From: a virus | Taxonomy: Duplodnaviria > Caudoviricetes | Virus record (IMG/VR): IMGVR_UViG_3300031673_004168 | Coordinates: 1-55,185 of that record | Direction: 5' to 3' (one strand) | DNA: 55,185 nt | Shown here: piece by piece, positions 27,412-37,077 of the stretch | How the letters are laid out: each line of letters starts with the position of its first letter | How positions within the stretch are numbered: the first letter of the stretch is position 1 | Notes under the pieces: generated by a model | Database searches by the model: none | Told to the model about the DNA's origin: nothing | The model's input: the letters and a program-made list of their open reading frames with translations, nothing else | Program-made: the position numbers and the translations under genes

Positions 27412-28444
27412 AGAAAAGAAAATAGCGTTTTTATCACCATACAACACGCCAAGAGGAAGATTAAATAAAGAGATAGTAAACGGAATTACTGGAGTGCCGT
27501 TTACATTTAAAGAAGAAGGTGCGGACTTTTATTGGTATCACGATATTAAGAACTTACCACATGACGAGTTAGTAGAAATATTTAATCAATATGATATTTG
27601 GATTTATCCAGTATATCCTGAATATTTCGATATGGTTATAAATATTCGTGATGAATATAAGGGTAAAATAATTGGCGTAACTGATATTCAAACACATCAA
27701 TTAAGTTATTGGAATTTACCTGACCTATCAAAGTTTGTATCTGCCGTTAATTGTTATGACGCAATAATGGCAACTAACCAAGACGAAGTAGAGACTTTCA
27801 GAGGGTGTCTTAAAGATAAGAAGAAAATAGAATACACAGGTTGGAGTTTGTATCCTAACGAAATTCACACTAAATATTTTAGACCTAAAGAACAAAGGGA
27901 CAAGAATTTGGTAAGCGTAGGCATATCAAACCCAGGCGATTTCAATAGAGATATATTAACAAACCTTACAGTCTACAATGAACTCAAAAAACTTAAACCT
28001 GAAATAAAAGGGTTTATGTATTATGTAACACCAAACAAAGTTTCAGGGCTAAGGGAAATTGTAACAAAAATTGGGTGCAAAGATTTCGCTTTGGTTACAG
28101 AACTTCCTTACGATGTTTCAATGGACTATCTGTCAAAAGCATATTTAGCGATACATATGTATACATTTAAAGTTGTAGGAAGATTAGCTCAAGATTGTGC
28201 GGCTTTAGGTGTGCCTATGGTAGGAACAATAGCTAACCTTCCGAATAGGTTATGTTTCCCAGATACCAGCGTGTTCGATTATGACGTAAAAAGTGCCGTA
28301 AAATTAGCCTATGACCTTTTAAATGACGAAGGACTTTACGACCACGTATCAGATAAAGCAAGACAAACAGCATATTCTTTTTATGGATTAGAAGCTACAA
28401 GAGACAGAATTTTAAAACTTTTACAGCAGAACAACTTAGCATAA
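27386..28444 (+). CDS. Putative GT-B glycosyltransferase
   Basis: GRLAQDCAALGVPMVG resembles a degenerate GT4 C-terminal motif; cluster context. Confidence 0.65.
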   Translation: MTNLMDWSKEKKIAFLSPYNTPRGRLNKEIVNGITGVPFTFKEEGADFYWYHDIKNLPHDELVEIFNQYDIWIYPVYPEYFDMVINIRDEYKGKIIGVTDIQTHQLSYWNLPDLSKFVSAVNCYDAIMATNQDEVETFRGCLKDKKKIEYTGWSLYPNEIHTKYFRPKEQRDKNLVSVGISNPGDFNRDILTNLTVYNELKKLKPEIKGFMYYVTPNKVSGLREIVTKIGCKDFALVTELPYDVSMDYLSKAYLAIHMYTFKVVGRLAQDCAALGVPMVGTIANLPNRLCFPDTSVFDYDVKSAVKLAYDLLNDEGLYDHVSDKARQTAYSFYGLEATRDRILKLLQQNNLA

Positions 28445-28454
28445 AGGGGCATAC

Positions 28455-29030
28455 ATGATTAAAGACCAGTTGCTGGAAATCTTTGATAGGCACATGGCAG
28501 TTTTTTATGATTTTTACTTCTCGGAAAGTAATCTAAATTTAATAACAAAAGCATCACGTGCGATAGTAGATTGTTTTAAAAGAGATGGGGAAACCATTAT
28601 TTGTGGTAATGGTGGCAGTGCTTCCGATTCGCAACATTTTGCGGCAGAACTTGTGGGTAGGTTTGAAAAAGAAAGAAAAGCAATCAATGCCATAGCCATC
28701 ACAACAAACACTTCCATATTGACAGCTATCGGTAACGATTATAGTTTTGACGGTATATTTTCAAGACAGGTAGAAGCGATAGGAACAGACAAAGATGTTC
28801 TAATTGGCATTTCAACAAGTGGCAATTCAAAGAATGTTATAAAAGCATTTGATGTAGCTAATGCTAAAGGAATGTTCACAATTTCGCTAACTGGAAATGA
28901 CGGTGGTAGATTAAAAGAAGTTTCTGATTTAAACTTGAATGTTAATTGCGACAATACTGCTACTATACAAGAGATACATATAACTATAATTCACGCTATT
29001 TCAAAGATTGTTGAGGATTTATCATGTTAA
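28455..29030 (+). CDS. gmhA: D-sedoheptulose-7-phosphate isomerase
   Basis: CGNGGSASDSQHFAAELVGRF, TAIGNDY, FSRQVEA, ISTSGNS and IQEIH: full GmhA signature. Confidence 0.96.
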   Translation: MIKDQLLEIFDRHMAVFYDFYFSESNLNLITKASRAIVDCFKRDGETIICGNGGSASDSQHFAAELVGRFEKERKAINAIAITTNTSILTAIGNDYSFDGIFSRQVEAIGTDKDVLIGISTSGNSKNVIKAFDVANAKGMFTISLTGNDGGRLKEVSDLNLNVNCDNTATIQEIHITIIHAISKIVEDLSC

Positions 29031-30043
29031 ATAACGTGCTTTTAAGGGGCGAATTGGGAGACAACCAATCTTGTGGAATAGTAAATATAGGATTGTGTTA
29101 TGGATTCGAGAAGAATAACGTAAACGTAAGTATTGACCCGAAGTCTTTGTATGCAACTATTCCAAAATTTGCTACAGATAGAATAAGACGCAAACTTATG
29201 TTTGATACTGTAATAGAACACGGGTTACCACACCATATGCAAGGATTAGGCAAGAACAGACCGTGGAAACGTGTTGCATTAAACTTTTGGGACAGCGATT
29301 TAGTAACAAATGAAGCGGCGGATTGCTTGAACGAGTATGCGGATAAAATCATAGTGCATAGCGAATTTAATAAAAAAGGACTACTGAACGCAGGCGTTGA
29401 TAAAGAAATTGCGATTGGTGCGGCGGGAGTATTCACAGAACGATACAGAGGTATAGAAAAGAAACCAAAAGACAAGTTTAGGTTTGTATTCACAGGAGTG
29501 GCACAGGGAAGAAAGGGCGTACAGGAAGCCATATCAGCGTTTGAAGAAGTTCTTGGCGGCAAGAAAGACGTTGAACTGGTTATTAAAAGCAATTCATGGG
29601 GAAAACTATGCGATTATACTGTAAAAAGTGATAATGTCATAAGGATTTACGAAGAATTTCCACGTGGAAAGTTTATTGAGTTTATGACTAATGCGGATTG
29701 TTTTGTATGCCCATCTAAGGGTGATGGACTAAACTTCCCCGGGTTAGAAGCTATGGCTTGTGGTTTGCCTTTGGTAATGACAGATTTTGGTGGACCGACA
29801 GAATATTGCAATGAAAAAACTGGGTATCCAGTTAAATATGACCTTGTTGATTGTCATTATCTTCCAGGACATCAAGCGGAACCAGACATGGAGCATCTAA
29901 AAGAAACTCTACTTCACGTCTACAACAACCAAGAAGAAGCCAGAAACAAAGGCATGTACGGGTATAAATGGGCGCAAGAATATTGGGATTGGGAACATGA
30001 TTGTAAACGGTTAATTAACGCGTTGGAGGGTACGAATGATTGA
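29024..30043 (+). CDS. GT4-family glycosyltransferase
   Basis: GRKG...PSKGDGLNFPGLEAMACGLP motif. Confidence 0.9.
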   Translation: MLNNVLLRGELGDNQSCGIVNIGLCYGFEKNNVNVSIDPKSLYATIPKFATDRIRRKLMFDTVIEHGLPHHMQGLGKNRPWKRVALNFWDSDLVTNEAADCLNEYADKIIVHSEFNKKGLLNAGVDKEIAIGAAGVFTERYRGIEKKPKDKFRFVFTGVAQGRKGVQEAISAFEEVLGGKKDVELVIKSNSWGKLCDYTVKSDNVIRIYEEFPRGKFIEFMTNADCFVCPSKGDGLNFPGLEAMACGLPLVMTDFGGPTEYCNEKTGYPVKYDLVDCHYLPGHQAEPDMEHLKETLLHVYNNQEEARNKGMYGYKWAQEYWDWEHDCKRLINALEGTND

Positions 30044-30602
30044 TTTAAAAGAGTTTAATTATGATGCAGACGGTAAAGTGAAGCTTCATTTGGGGTGTGG
30101 AAATCAAGACTATCACGATAATGGATTTATAAATGTAGACATAAGACCGCTTTCACACGTAGATATAATTACTGATTTGAATAAAGATATTGATTTGCTT
30201 GACAATTCTGTTGATGAAATAGTTGCTTATAGCGTTTTAGAACATTTTCCTATGGGGGATTTACATGGTGACGACCCATTTGCAAATTCAATCAGAATAT
30301 TAAAAGAATGGAAACGTATACTAAAAGACAGAGGTACTATAACTTGCAAAGTTCCAAACATGTTCGCTCTTTGTAATGATTATGTTAGAGGAAAAATAGA
30401 CGTTTTGGAGTTCTTCCGCTATGTTTACGGAGCGCAGAATTATCCTGCCAATGTGCATCTTGCAGGATTTGATAAAGTAGTTTTTTCAATGATTGCTGAA
30501 TTAGTCGGGTTTAAACATATGGAATTTTTACATCACGAAAAAGACGAAGATACTTTTAACGAATTAACAGATTGGGAAATGAGAGTGAGGTTCATAAAAT
30601 AA
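30036..30602 (+). CDS. Class I SAM methyltransferase (type 11-like)
   Basis: LHLGCG...INVD...SVDEI...VLEH...EWKRILK motifs. Confidence 0.85.
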   Translation: MIDLKEFNYDADGKVKLHLGCGNQDYHDNGFINVDIRPLSHVDIITDLNKDIDLLDNSVDEIVAYSVLEHFPMGDLHGDDPFANSIRILKEWKRILKDRGTITCKVPNMFALCNDYVRGKIDVLEFFRYVYGAQNYPANVHLAGFDKVVFSMIAELVGFKHMEFLHHEKDEDTFNELTDWEMRVRFIK

Positions 30603-31102
30603 TGAGACCAGCATTAAAAGAAGCTAAAAGATTATTGAGTGGTAAGCAGAATTTGGTTGTTGCAGAGATAGGTGTATTGAGAGGCGAGAACGCAAGAGAG
30701 ATTTTAAGAGAGTGGAGCGAAGTTGAAAGATTGTATCTCATAGACAATTATTGTTGTGGTATGAATGAATTTGAAACCGCAAAGAAAATTATATATCCAT
30801 GGGTTAATAGATGCATTTGGATGCTTCAAGATTCAGTTGAGGCGATAAACGACATAGAAGATAATTTGTTGGATTGCGTATATATTGACGGCGACCATTC
30901 TTACGAAGGTGTCAAGCGAGATATATTAGCAAGCTGGGCTAAACTAAAGTCTGGCGGAGTTTTATGTGGGCATGATTATTCAACACGTTGGGACAGTCTT
31001 GCAGGTGCAGTAAAAGCCGTAGATGAGTTTGTTGCGGAAAACAAATTGGAATTATGGTCAGCGACTACTGGAAGTTCAAGCGATTGGGTGGTGGTTAAAT
31101 GA
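30602..31102 (+). CDS. Class I SAM methyltransferase (Methyltransf_24-like)
   Basis: AEIGVLRG, YIDGDHSYEGV and CGHDY; start at the TAATG overlap. Confidence 0.88.
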   Translation: MRPALKEAKRLLSGKQNLVVAEIGVLRGENAREILREWSEVERLYLIDNYCCGMNEFETAKKIIYPWVNRCIWMLQDSVEAINDIEDNLLDCVYIDGDHSYEGVKRDILASWAKLKSGGVLCGHDYSTRWDSLAGAVKAVDEFVAENKLELWSATTGSSSDWVVVK

Positions 31103-31593
31103 GGCTGGCAATAGAAGCTGTAATAAATCATTGTAAAAAAGATATAATCGGTGCTGAAGTTGGCGTTTACGAAGGCGGAAATGCAGTTGATATGTTAAAA
31201 AATGATAACATAAAAAAACTGTATTTAATTGATATAGTAGAATTTCCAAAACTAAAACAAAACATATCGCCTTTTCTTGACAAAATAAATTTGATGATAC
31301 CTATGTCTTCCGAAGATGCGTCCAAAAAAATAGCAGATAAAAGTTTAGATTTTGTTTATGTAGACGCAGACCATACTTACGAGAACTGCAAAAACGATTT
31401 AAACTTGTGGTGGGGTAAAGTTAAAGATAATGGAATTTTATGCGGTCATGATTTTTCAGTTGAAATGTTAGGAACTGTAAGGGCTATTGTAGAATTTGCA
31501 ATATCAAATAGATTATTATTAAATCATGTAAATACTTATGACCCTATACAAAAAACTTGTTCAAAAAGTGATTGGTGGATATACAAATGTTAA
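31099..31593 (+). CDS. Class I SAM methyltransferase (Methyltransf_24-like)
   Basis: AEVGVYEG, DFVYVDADHTYE and CGHDF. Confidence 0.88.
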   Translation: MRLAIEAVINHCKKDIIGAEVGVYEGGNAVDMLKNDNIKKLYLIDIVEFPKLKQNISPFLDKINLMIPMSSEDASKKIADKSLDFVYVDADHTYENCKNDLNLWWGKVKDNGILCGHDFSVEMLGTVRAIVEFAISNRLLLNHVNTYDPIQKTCSKSDWWIYKC

Positions 31594-31611
31594 ATAATTT
31601 TAAATCGAAAG

Positions 31612-32328
31612 TTGAGAATAAATAATATGGGAAGAATATTTAAGTTGCCATATCAACCTTATGTTGCAGGACCTAAACCTAACGGTCATAACGAAAGATG
31701 CGTAGAAGTTCCTTGGGCGTTATCGGTTATTCCAGACGAAGGCGGCACAATATTAGACGTAGGATATGCTTATGCAGAGGCAAGATGGTTACATCAATTG
31801 CTTGAGATGAGTAATCTTGATATTTATGGAGTAGACGTAGCCGACCCTTGCCCAAGACATAATGGTATGCTACAGAAATATGATTTAAAACAAATCAAGC
31901 ATGATATTAGATTCCCGATGGAAGCTAAGTATAAAGATATGTTTGATGTAGTATTCTGCATTTCAACAATAGAACACCTTGGGTATGATAACGATTGGTA
32001 TTTTGATAAGAAAGAAACGCCTTATGAATCAACTGCTATTGACGATAAAATAGCTTTAAGAAATATGATGGATGTATTAAAACCCGGAGGAAAACTTGCA
32101 CTTACAGTTCCTTATGGAAAATACCAAGAGCATAGGCATTTCAGACAGTATGACAGACCGAGATTCGGGGCTTTGATTAAACCGTATAAAATAGACAGAT
32201 ACGATTTGTTCTACTATGACGGAACTGGATGGAGACCCGCTACCGAAGAACAATGTGCAGATAAATATTATGGACATTATGGATTTGTTTCCTCTTCGGC
32301 GTTGGCGTGTGTGTTATTAACAAAGTAG
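31612..32328 (+). CDS. Class I SAM methyltransferase
   Basis: ERCVEVPW, ILDVG, ISTIEHLG and LKPGGKLALTVPYG. Confidence 0.82.
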   Translation: MRINNMGRIFKLPYQPYVAGPKPNGHNERCVEVPWALSVIPDEGGTILDVGYAYAEARWLHQLLEMSNLDIYGVDVADPCPRHNGMLQKYDLKQIKHDIRFPMEAKYKDMFDVVFCISTIEHLGYDNDWYFDKKETPYESTAIDDKIALRNMMDVLKPGGKLALTVPYGKYQEHRHFRQYDRPRFGALIKPYKIDRYDLFYYDGTGWRPATEEQCADKYYGHYGFVSSSALACVLLTK

Positions 32329-32335
32329 GTACTAA

Positions 32336-32959
32336 ATGGTAGACGCAACATACTTCGATAAAGATTATTTCACTAATGGTATTGAAACACACAAGTCGGG
32401 TTATGACAAAGATGCTTTCTTGATTAAAAATGACGTGTTCAAACATCAAGCTAACATGCTTAATGAAATTCTTAAATTGAAAGAAAACAACAAATCTGTT
32501 TTAGACGTTGGGTGTGCGAGAAACAACTTAGTGTATTACCTTAGAGAATTAGGCATTTTCGCTTACGGTCAGGATATATCAGAATGGACTTATGGGAATA
32601 GCCATGCAAAAGATTTTCATTTCTGTGGCAATGTTCAGGATAAGGTTCAGGGCAACAACTTTGACTGCGTAGTTTCGTTTGAAGTCTTTGAACATTTCGA
32701 CAAACCAGAACAAGCCATAAAAAACATTTATGATTCTATGGTTAAAGGTGGAATACTTTTTTGCACTATTGGCACGGACGCAAGACCTGAAGAAAAGAAT
32801 ATGGACAAATCTCACGTTATGATACGGTCAAGAGATTTCTGGCATAAACTTTTTGTTAAGAACGGATTTGTGGAACGTAAAGATATTTACGACAAATTTT
32901 TCTGGCATGATTTAGTTAAACGGTTTAAATGGGACGTATTTTCATATGAAAGAAGTTAA
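32336..32959 (+). CDS. Class I SAM methyltransferase (type 23-like)
   Basis: VLDVGCA, GQDIS and FEVFEH motifs. Confidence 0.85.
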   Translation: MVDATYFDKDYFTNGIETHKSGYDKDAFLIKNDVFKHQANMLNEILKLKENNKSVLDVGCARNNLVYYLRELGIFAYGQDISEWTYGNSHAKDFHFCGNVQDKVQGNNFDCVVSFEVFEHFDKPEQAIKNIYDSMVKGGILFCTIGTDARPEEKNMDKSHVMIRSRDFWHKLFVKNGFVERKDIYDKFFWHDLVKRFKWDVFSYERS

Positions 32960-33236
32960 ATCGGTTTTTATCCAACAGACGGATAAAGATAAAAGTATAT
33001 TTATGGATACCTTCAAGGTAATGGTTAAAGAGCATCCTAATATACTTGTTTATCATGGCGGTCCGGTAGTCGAAGAAATTAAAGATAGAAATGTTGTTGT
33101 TACAACGAATTATTATAGAGACCAAGACTTAATAAAAGATTTTGGGTGTAAATATGTAATTGTGTGTCGTGGAGATGATGTTAATTTAATTATAAAAAGA
33201 ATAGTAGAAACTGCGAGGAGTAATAATGATAAGTAA
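32946..33236 (+). CDS. Hypothetical protein
   Basis: Overlapping ORF within the operon. Confidence 0.55.
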   Translation: MKEVKSVFIQQTDKDKSIFMDTFKVMVKEHPNILVYHGGPVVEEIKDRNVVVTTNYYRDQDLIKDFGCKYVIVCRGDDVNLIIKRIVETARSNNDK

Positions 33237-33696
33237 TTACCAATGTCCCTTATGCGAAGAAAAAAATCTTAATAAAAGATTGTCTAACACTTCACTTTAC
33301 TGGATAGCTAAATGCGATATTTGTGGAAAGATTATAGCAGTTTATCAAGAGCATGTTAAACAAGTCGAAGCTTATGTTGTTGACGAGATGAAACAGGAAT
33401 GTAGGAGATTATTTGGTAGTTGTAATTATAAGATAAGTTTTGAAAACCAACACGTTGATGGGCATTTTCACTTTCATTTAGAACCTTTAAAAGAAGAAGT
33501 TTTAGAAAGCATACCAGAGGTTCAAGACAATGTTATGCCTGAAGAAGAAGTCAAAGAAAAAAGAGAATATAAGAAGAAGAAAAAAAAGAAGAAGAAGGAA
33601 AAAGTAAAAGCTATACCCGAAGTACCAGTAGAACCATTGTCAGAGCCTCAAGAAGAACCGCCAGTAGAAATTCCATTAGAAACCCAAGAACAGTAA
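33226..33696 (+). CDS. HIT-like protein with a low-complexity charged tail
   Basis: N-terminal CPLC and HFHFHL histidine triad followed by a K/E/P-rich tail. Confidence 0.55.
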   Translation: MISNYQCPLCEEKNLNKRLSNTSLYWIAKCDICGKIIAVYQEHVKQVEAYVVDEMKQECRRLFGSCNYKISFENQHVDGHFHFHLEPLKEEVLESIPEVQDNVMPEEEVKEKREYKKKKKKKKKEKVKAIPEVPVEPLSEPQEEPPVEIPLETQEQ

Positions 33697-33706
33697 GGGA
33701 CGTATT

Positions 33707-34312
33707 ATGAGAATAGTAATAATGGCAGGTGGCAAGAGTACAAGGTTGAGACCGTTAACAGATTATATGCCAAAGATAATGGTTCCCATACATGGAAAAC
33801 CTTTTCTTTTTTATCTTGTAAAGCGATACGGTAACGCAGAATTGGTATTATCCGTAAACTATCTTAAAGAAAGTATAAAAAATTGGTGTCGTCAAACTAA
33901 AAACTATCTTGAGTTTGTTGAAGAACCTGAATTTCTTGGAACTGGAGGTGGTTTGAGGATATGCGAACCATTCGTATGTGATTGTAAAAAGTTTATAGTC
34001 ATGAATGGCGATACTTGTTTTGATGAAGACATAGAAAAAATATACAGATTACATAATTCAAAAAAGCATGTAGCAACTGTAATTTACGCAAAAAATAAAC
34101 TTACTCGTGAAATTAGAAACTCTGGATTTTATGTATTCAGCCAAGAAGTTTTCAAGTATTTAAAATCACCGAAAATATTTAAAATAGAAGATAAACTAAA
34201 CGATATTCCGCATAAAATATATGAAAGCAAAAAAGAGTATGTCGATATAGGAACTTTTGAAGGACTTAAATATGCTAAACAAAACCTATTGAAGGAGTTG
34301 ATATGTGTATAA
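33707..34312 (+). CDS. hddC: Sugar-1-phosphate nucleotidyltransferase (HddC-like heptose-1-P guanylyltransferase)
   Basis: MAGGKSTRL...PK, EPEFLGTGG, NGDT and DIGT; single short domain next to hddA. Confidence 0.78.
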   Translation: MRIVIMAGGKSTRLRPLTDYMPKIMVPIHGKPFLFYLVKRYGNAELVLSVNYLKESIKNWCRQTKNYLEFVEEPEFLGTGGGLRICEPFVCDCKKFIVMNGDTCFDEDIEKIYRLHNSKKHVATVIYAKNKLTREIRNSGFYVFSQEVFKYLKSPKIFKIEDKLNDIPHKIYESKKEYVDIGTFEGLKYAKQNLLKELICV

Positions 34313-35334
34313 TTCATAGTGTTGCTCCATTAAGAATTGGTATTGGTGGTGGGTCTTCTGATTTATCGCAGTTTGTGCATAAGTATGGTGGTGAAGTTCT
34401 TAACGTAACCATAAACAAATGTGTGTATTCTACCTTAGTACCAAGAAAAGACGATAAGATAACAATACATTCAGAAGATTATGATATTAAAGATGAGTAC
34501 GATATACATAAAGAACTGCCTTATGACGGCGAGTTAAGTTTAGTTTGTGGAACTATAAACAGAGTTAAAAAAGATTTTGATATTCCGAATGTTGGATTTG
34601 ATATTTATTTGAGAAGTGATGCACCACCAGGTGCAGGATTGGGAACGTCTTCCGCAGTAGTAGTTTCTATATTAGGGCTTTTCAGGCAATGGTGTAACCT
34701 TGATATAAAACCTTACGAACTGGCACATTTAGCATGGAGTATCGAACGGGAAGATATGAAAATGGCTGGTGGCAAGCAAGATGAATACTCCGCAGTATTT
34801 GGTGGCTTCAACGTGATGAGTTTCAATAAAGACGACAGCGTTTTAATCCTTCCATTACGCATACCAAGAAATACAGAACTTGAACTAAGAAACAATCTTC
34901 TTCTTATATATTCAGGAATGACGCATAAATCAGGCGATATAATAATGTCGCAGACACCAAATAACGAATATAAATTTAATTGGATAAATCATATAAAGAA
35001 CATATCACATGCTATGGCTGAAGATATATTACGAAAAGATTTGCAGAATTTTGGAGAGCTATTAAGTCTCGAATGGGAATACAAGAAAAAGCTATCAATA
35101 AAAGTTACTAATGCCCATCTTGAAAAGTTATATAAAATAGCAATGGATAATGGTGCCGATGGTGCAAAAATCACTGGTGCCGGAGGTGGAGGCATGTTTG
35201 TCATTTATGCTAATTGGGATAAGAGATGCAAGATAATAAAAGCTATGGAAGCCAACGGTTGTAAAAATATTGATTTTAATTTTAGACAAGAAGGGTTACA
35301 GACTTGGAGTATACGAGATGAAAAAAATAACTAA
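34303..35334 (+). CDS. hddA: D-glycero-D-manno-heptose-7-phosphate kinase (GHMP family)
   Basis: APLRIGIGGGSSD, DAPPGAGLGTSS, GGKQDEY...FGGFN and GAKITGAGGGG. Confidence 0.9.
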   Translation: MCIIHSVAPLRIGIGGGSSDLSQFVHKYGGEVLNVTINKCVYSTLVPRKDDKITIHSEDYDIKDEYDIHKELPYDGELSLVCGTINRVKKDFDIPNVGFDIYLRSDAPPGAGLGTSSAVVVSILGLFRQWCNLDIKPYELAHLAWSIEREDMKMAGGKQDEYSAVFGGFNVMSFNKDDSVLILPLRIPRNTELELRNNLLLIYSGMTHKSGDIIMSQTPNNEYKFNWINHIKNISHAMAEDILRKDLQNFGELLSLEWEYKKKLSIKVTNAHLEKLYKIAMDNGADGAKITGAGGGGMFVIYANWDKRCKIIKAMEANGCKNIDFNFRQEGLQTWSIRDEKNN

Positions 35335-35474
35335 AGTTCGTAGATGTAAAGATAAAAAACATTGCCAATATAAAAACGTATGGTGGGACGCAACACAATG
35401 CCTTGCAGAATTTCATGTGTGGAACACTTGTCGGGCGAAAGACACTATAGAAAAAAGAACAAAGGAAATAAAGA

Positions 35475-36149
35475 ATGGGGGTGAGTAACCAAAGACAATA
35501 TATAACCAAAGAACAAATTGAATCATTATATTGGGTTGGTGGATTGCCTTTAAGAGAAACAGCTAGAAAACTTGGAACTAATACGGATAGCTTGTGTAAA
35601 AGAATGAAGGAAGTTGGTTTAAAAACTAGAAATTTATCAGAGTCGCATATTGGTCATATTCCGTACAATAAGGGAATTAACTTTCAGTCTAATACTGGAA
35701 AAACCCATTTCAAAAAAAATCATATTCCATGGAATAAAGGACTAACTAAAAAAGATGACCCTAGAATAAAATCCAACCCAGGTCCACATGGGAAGATACC
35801 CTGGAATAAAGGATTAAACAAAGAAAATTGCGATATATATAAGAAACTTAGTGAGGAAAGAAGTGGCGAAAATCATTGGATGTGGAAGGGTGGAGTAACT
35901 AGTAAACGAAAGAGTATATTTTGTAGCAATGAATATCAGAAATTTAGAAAAACTATACTAAAAAAGTTTAATTATACTTGCTTGTCTTGTGGCGAAAAGA
36001 AAAAACTACATGTTCACCATATAGAACGATTTGCTGATATGCCTCAAAAAGTTATGGATGAAAATAATTGTATTGTTCTGTGTAAAAAATGTCATCAATC
36101 ATTGGGTGCAGAACATTCCACACCGCTTAATATTAAGGAGAAATTATGA
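35475..36149 (+). CDS. HNH homing endonuclease with PWNKG DNA-binding repeats
   Basis: N-terminal HTH, three P(Y/W)NKG repeats, HWMWKGG, CLSC...HVHHI...N...LCKKCH. Confidence 0.88.
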   Translation: MGVSNQRQYITKEQIESLYWVGGLPLRETARKLGTNTDSLCKRMKEVGLKTRNLSESHIGHIPYNKGINFQSNTGKTHFKKNHIPWNKGLTKKDDPRIKSNPGPHGKIPWNKGLNKENCDIYKKLSEERSGENHWMWKGGVTSKRKSIFCSNEYQKFRKTILKKFNYTCLSCGEKKKLHVHHIERFADMPQKVMDENNCIVLCKKCHQSLGAEHSTPLNIKEKL

Positions 36150-36628
36150 GCAGGTCAGAAAGATATTGTACGGCTGATGATGATGTCAGAATACTTTTGG
36201 AGAAGATTACAGACGCTGTAATATCTGATACTGTAGTTGAATACATGATAGACATAGCCTGCGATATTATAGATTCAAAACTTGTCTATAAATACACAGT
36301 ACCGTTTACGACAACACCACCTTTAGTGAAAACTATCGCAACACATCTATCGTCATACCTTGTTTTGAGACGTATTTATTCCAATACAAGAGGTGAAGGT
36401 TTCGCAGAGTGGTTAAACATGTTTAAAGATTTCGCTGATAATTTATTGAAGTCTATTTTTGATGGCGAGTGTATTCTCATAGATTCTTCAGGTAATGAAT
36501 TGTCTATTAAAAGCAATTACGGTATAAAAATATCAACTGCGAATTATGTGCCTATATTCAACGAAGGCGGAGAATTGGATTGGGAAGTAGATGATAGCAA
36601 AGTTGATGCCGCAATAAAGGGAAGATAA
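36146..36628 (+). CDS. Head-tail adaptor (Mu gp36/DUF1320-like)
   Basis: YCTADD...IIDSKL..KYTVPF...P motif and position. Confidence 0.75.
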   Translation: MSRSERYCTADDDVRILLEKITDAVISDTVVEYMIDIACDIIDSKLVYKYTVPFTTTPPLVKTIATHLSSYLVLRRIYSNTRGEGFAEWLNMFKDFADNLLKSIFDGECILIDSSGNELSIKSNYGIKISTANYVPIFNEGGELDWEVDDSKVDAAIKGR

Positions 36629-36630
36629 CT

Positions 36631-37077
36631 ATGGCTAACACACCTCAATTTACAACACTCATTTCTGGAGTTGTTTCTGGTTTACAAACAGATTCAAGGC
36701 TTTCGGCAGTTCCTGACACTTCGATTTATTACGGTCCAGAACCGAATATACCTTTGTTCCCTGCAATAACAGTTGAACTTTTAGAAGCCAGAGAAGAATG
36801 GAAAACTTTTGGAAGTACAGGTGGGAAAGATTTAGAGGCTACCTTCGTAATAAGAGTTTTTGATGAAGCCTATGATTATGTAACAGGGCTACAAAGTGTA
36901 GAAACCATAGCTAAAAATGTAAGTGACGTATTACAAGCTAAAACTGGAATTAGTGGATTGTCGTATCAGGCATACCCAGGAACAAAAAGGTTTGGTACTG
37001 TAGAATTTAACAATGTACCAGTTTTCGCTTGCGAAATAGAGCTGTTGACAAAATCGAGATTTGCACCAGCTTCGTAA
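36631..37077 (+). CDS. Putative tail terminator/completion protein
   Basis: Position before the tail tube; FPAITV pattern. Confidence 0.55.
   Translation: MANTPQFTTLISGVVSGLQTDSRLSAVPDTSIYYGPEPNIPLFPAITVELLEAREEWKTFGSTGGKDLEATFVIRVFDEAYDYVTGLQSVETIAKNVSDVLQAKTGISGLSYQAYPGTKRFGTVEFNNVPVFACEIELLTKSRFAPAS

Noticed and set aside
24115-35334. Host O-antigen/capsule locus misassembled into the phage
   Set aside because: Same strand, overlapping gene junctions and similar composition as the flanking phage genes, a paralogous methyltransferase in the head module, and no wzx/wzy/ABC export genes; spanning reads would settle it.
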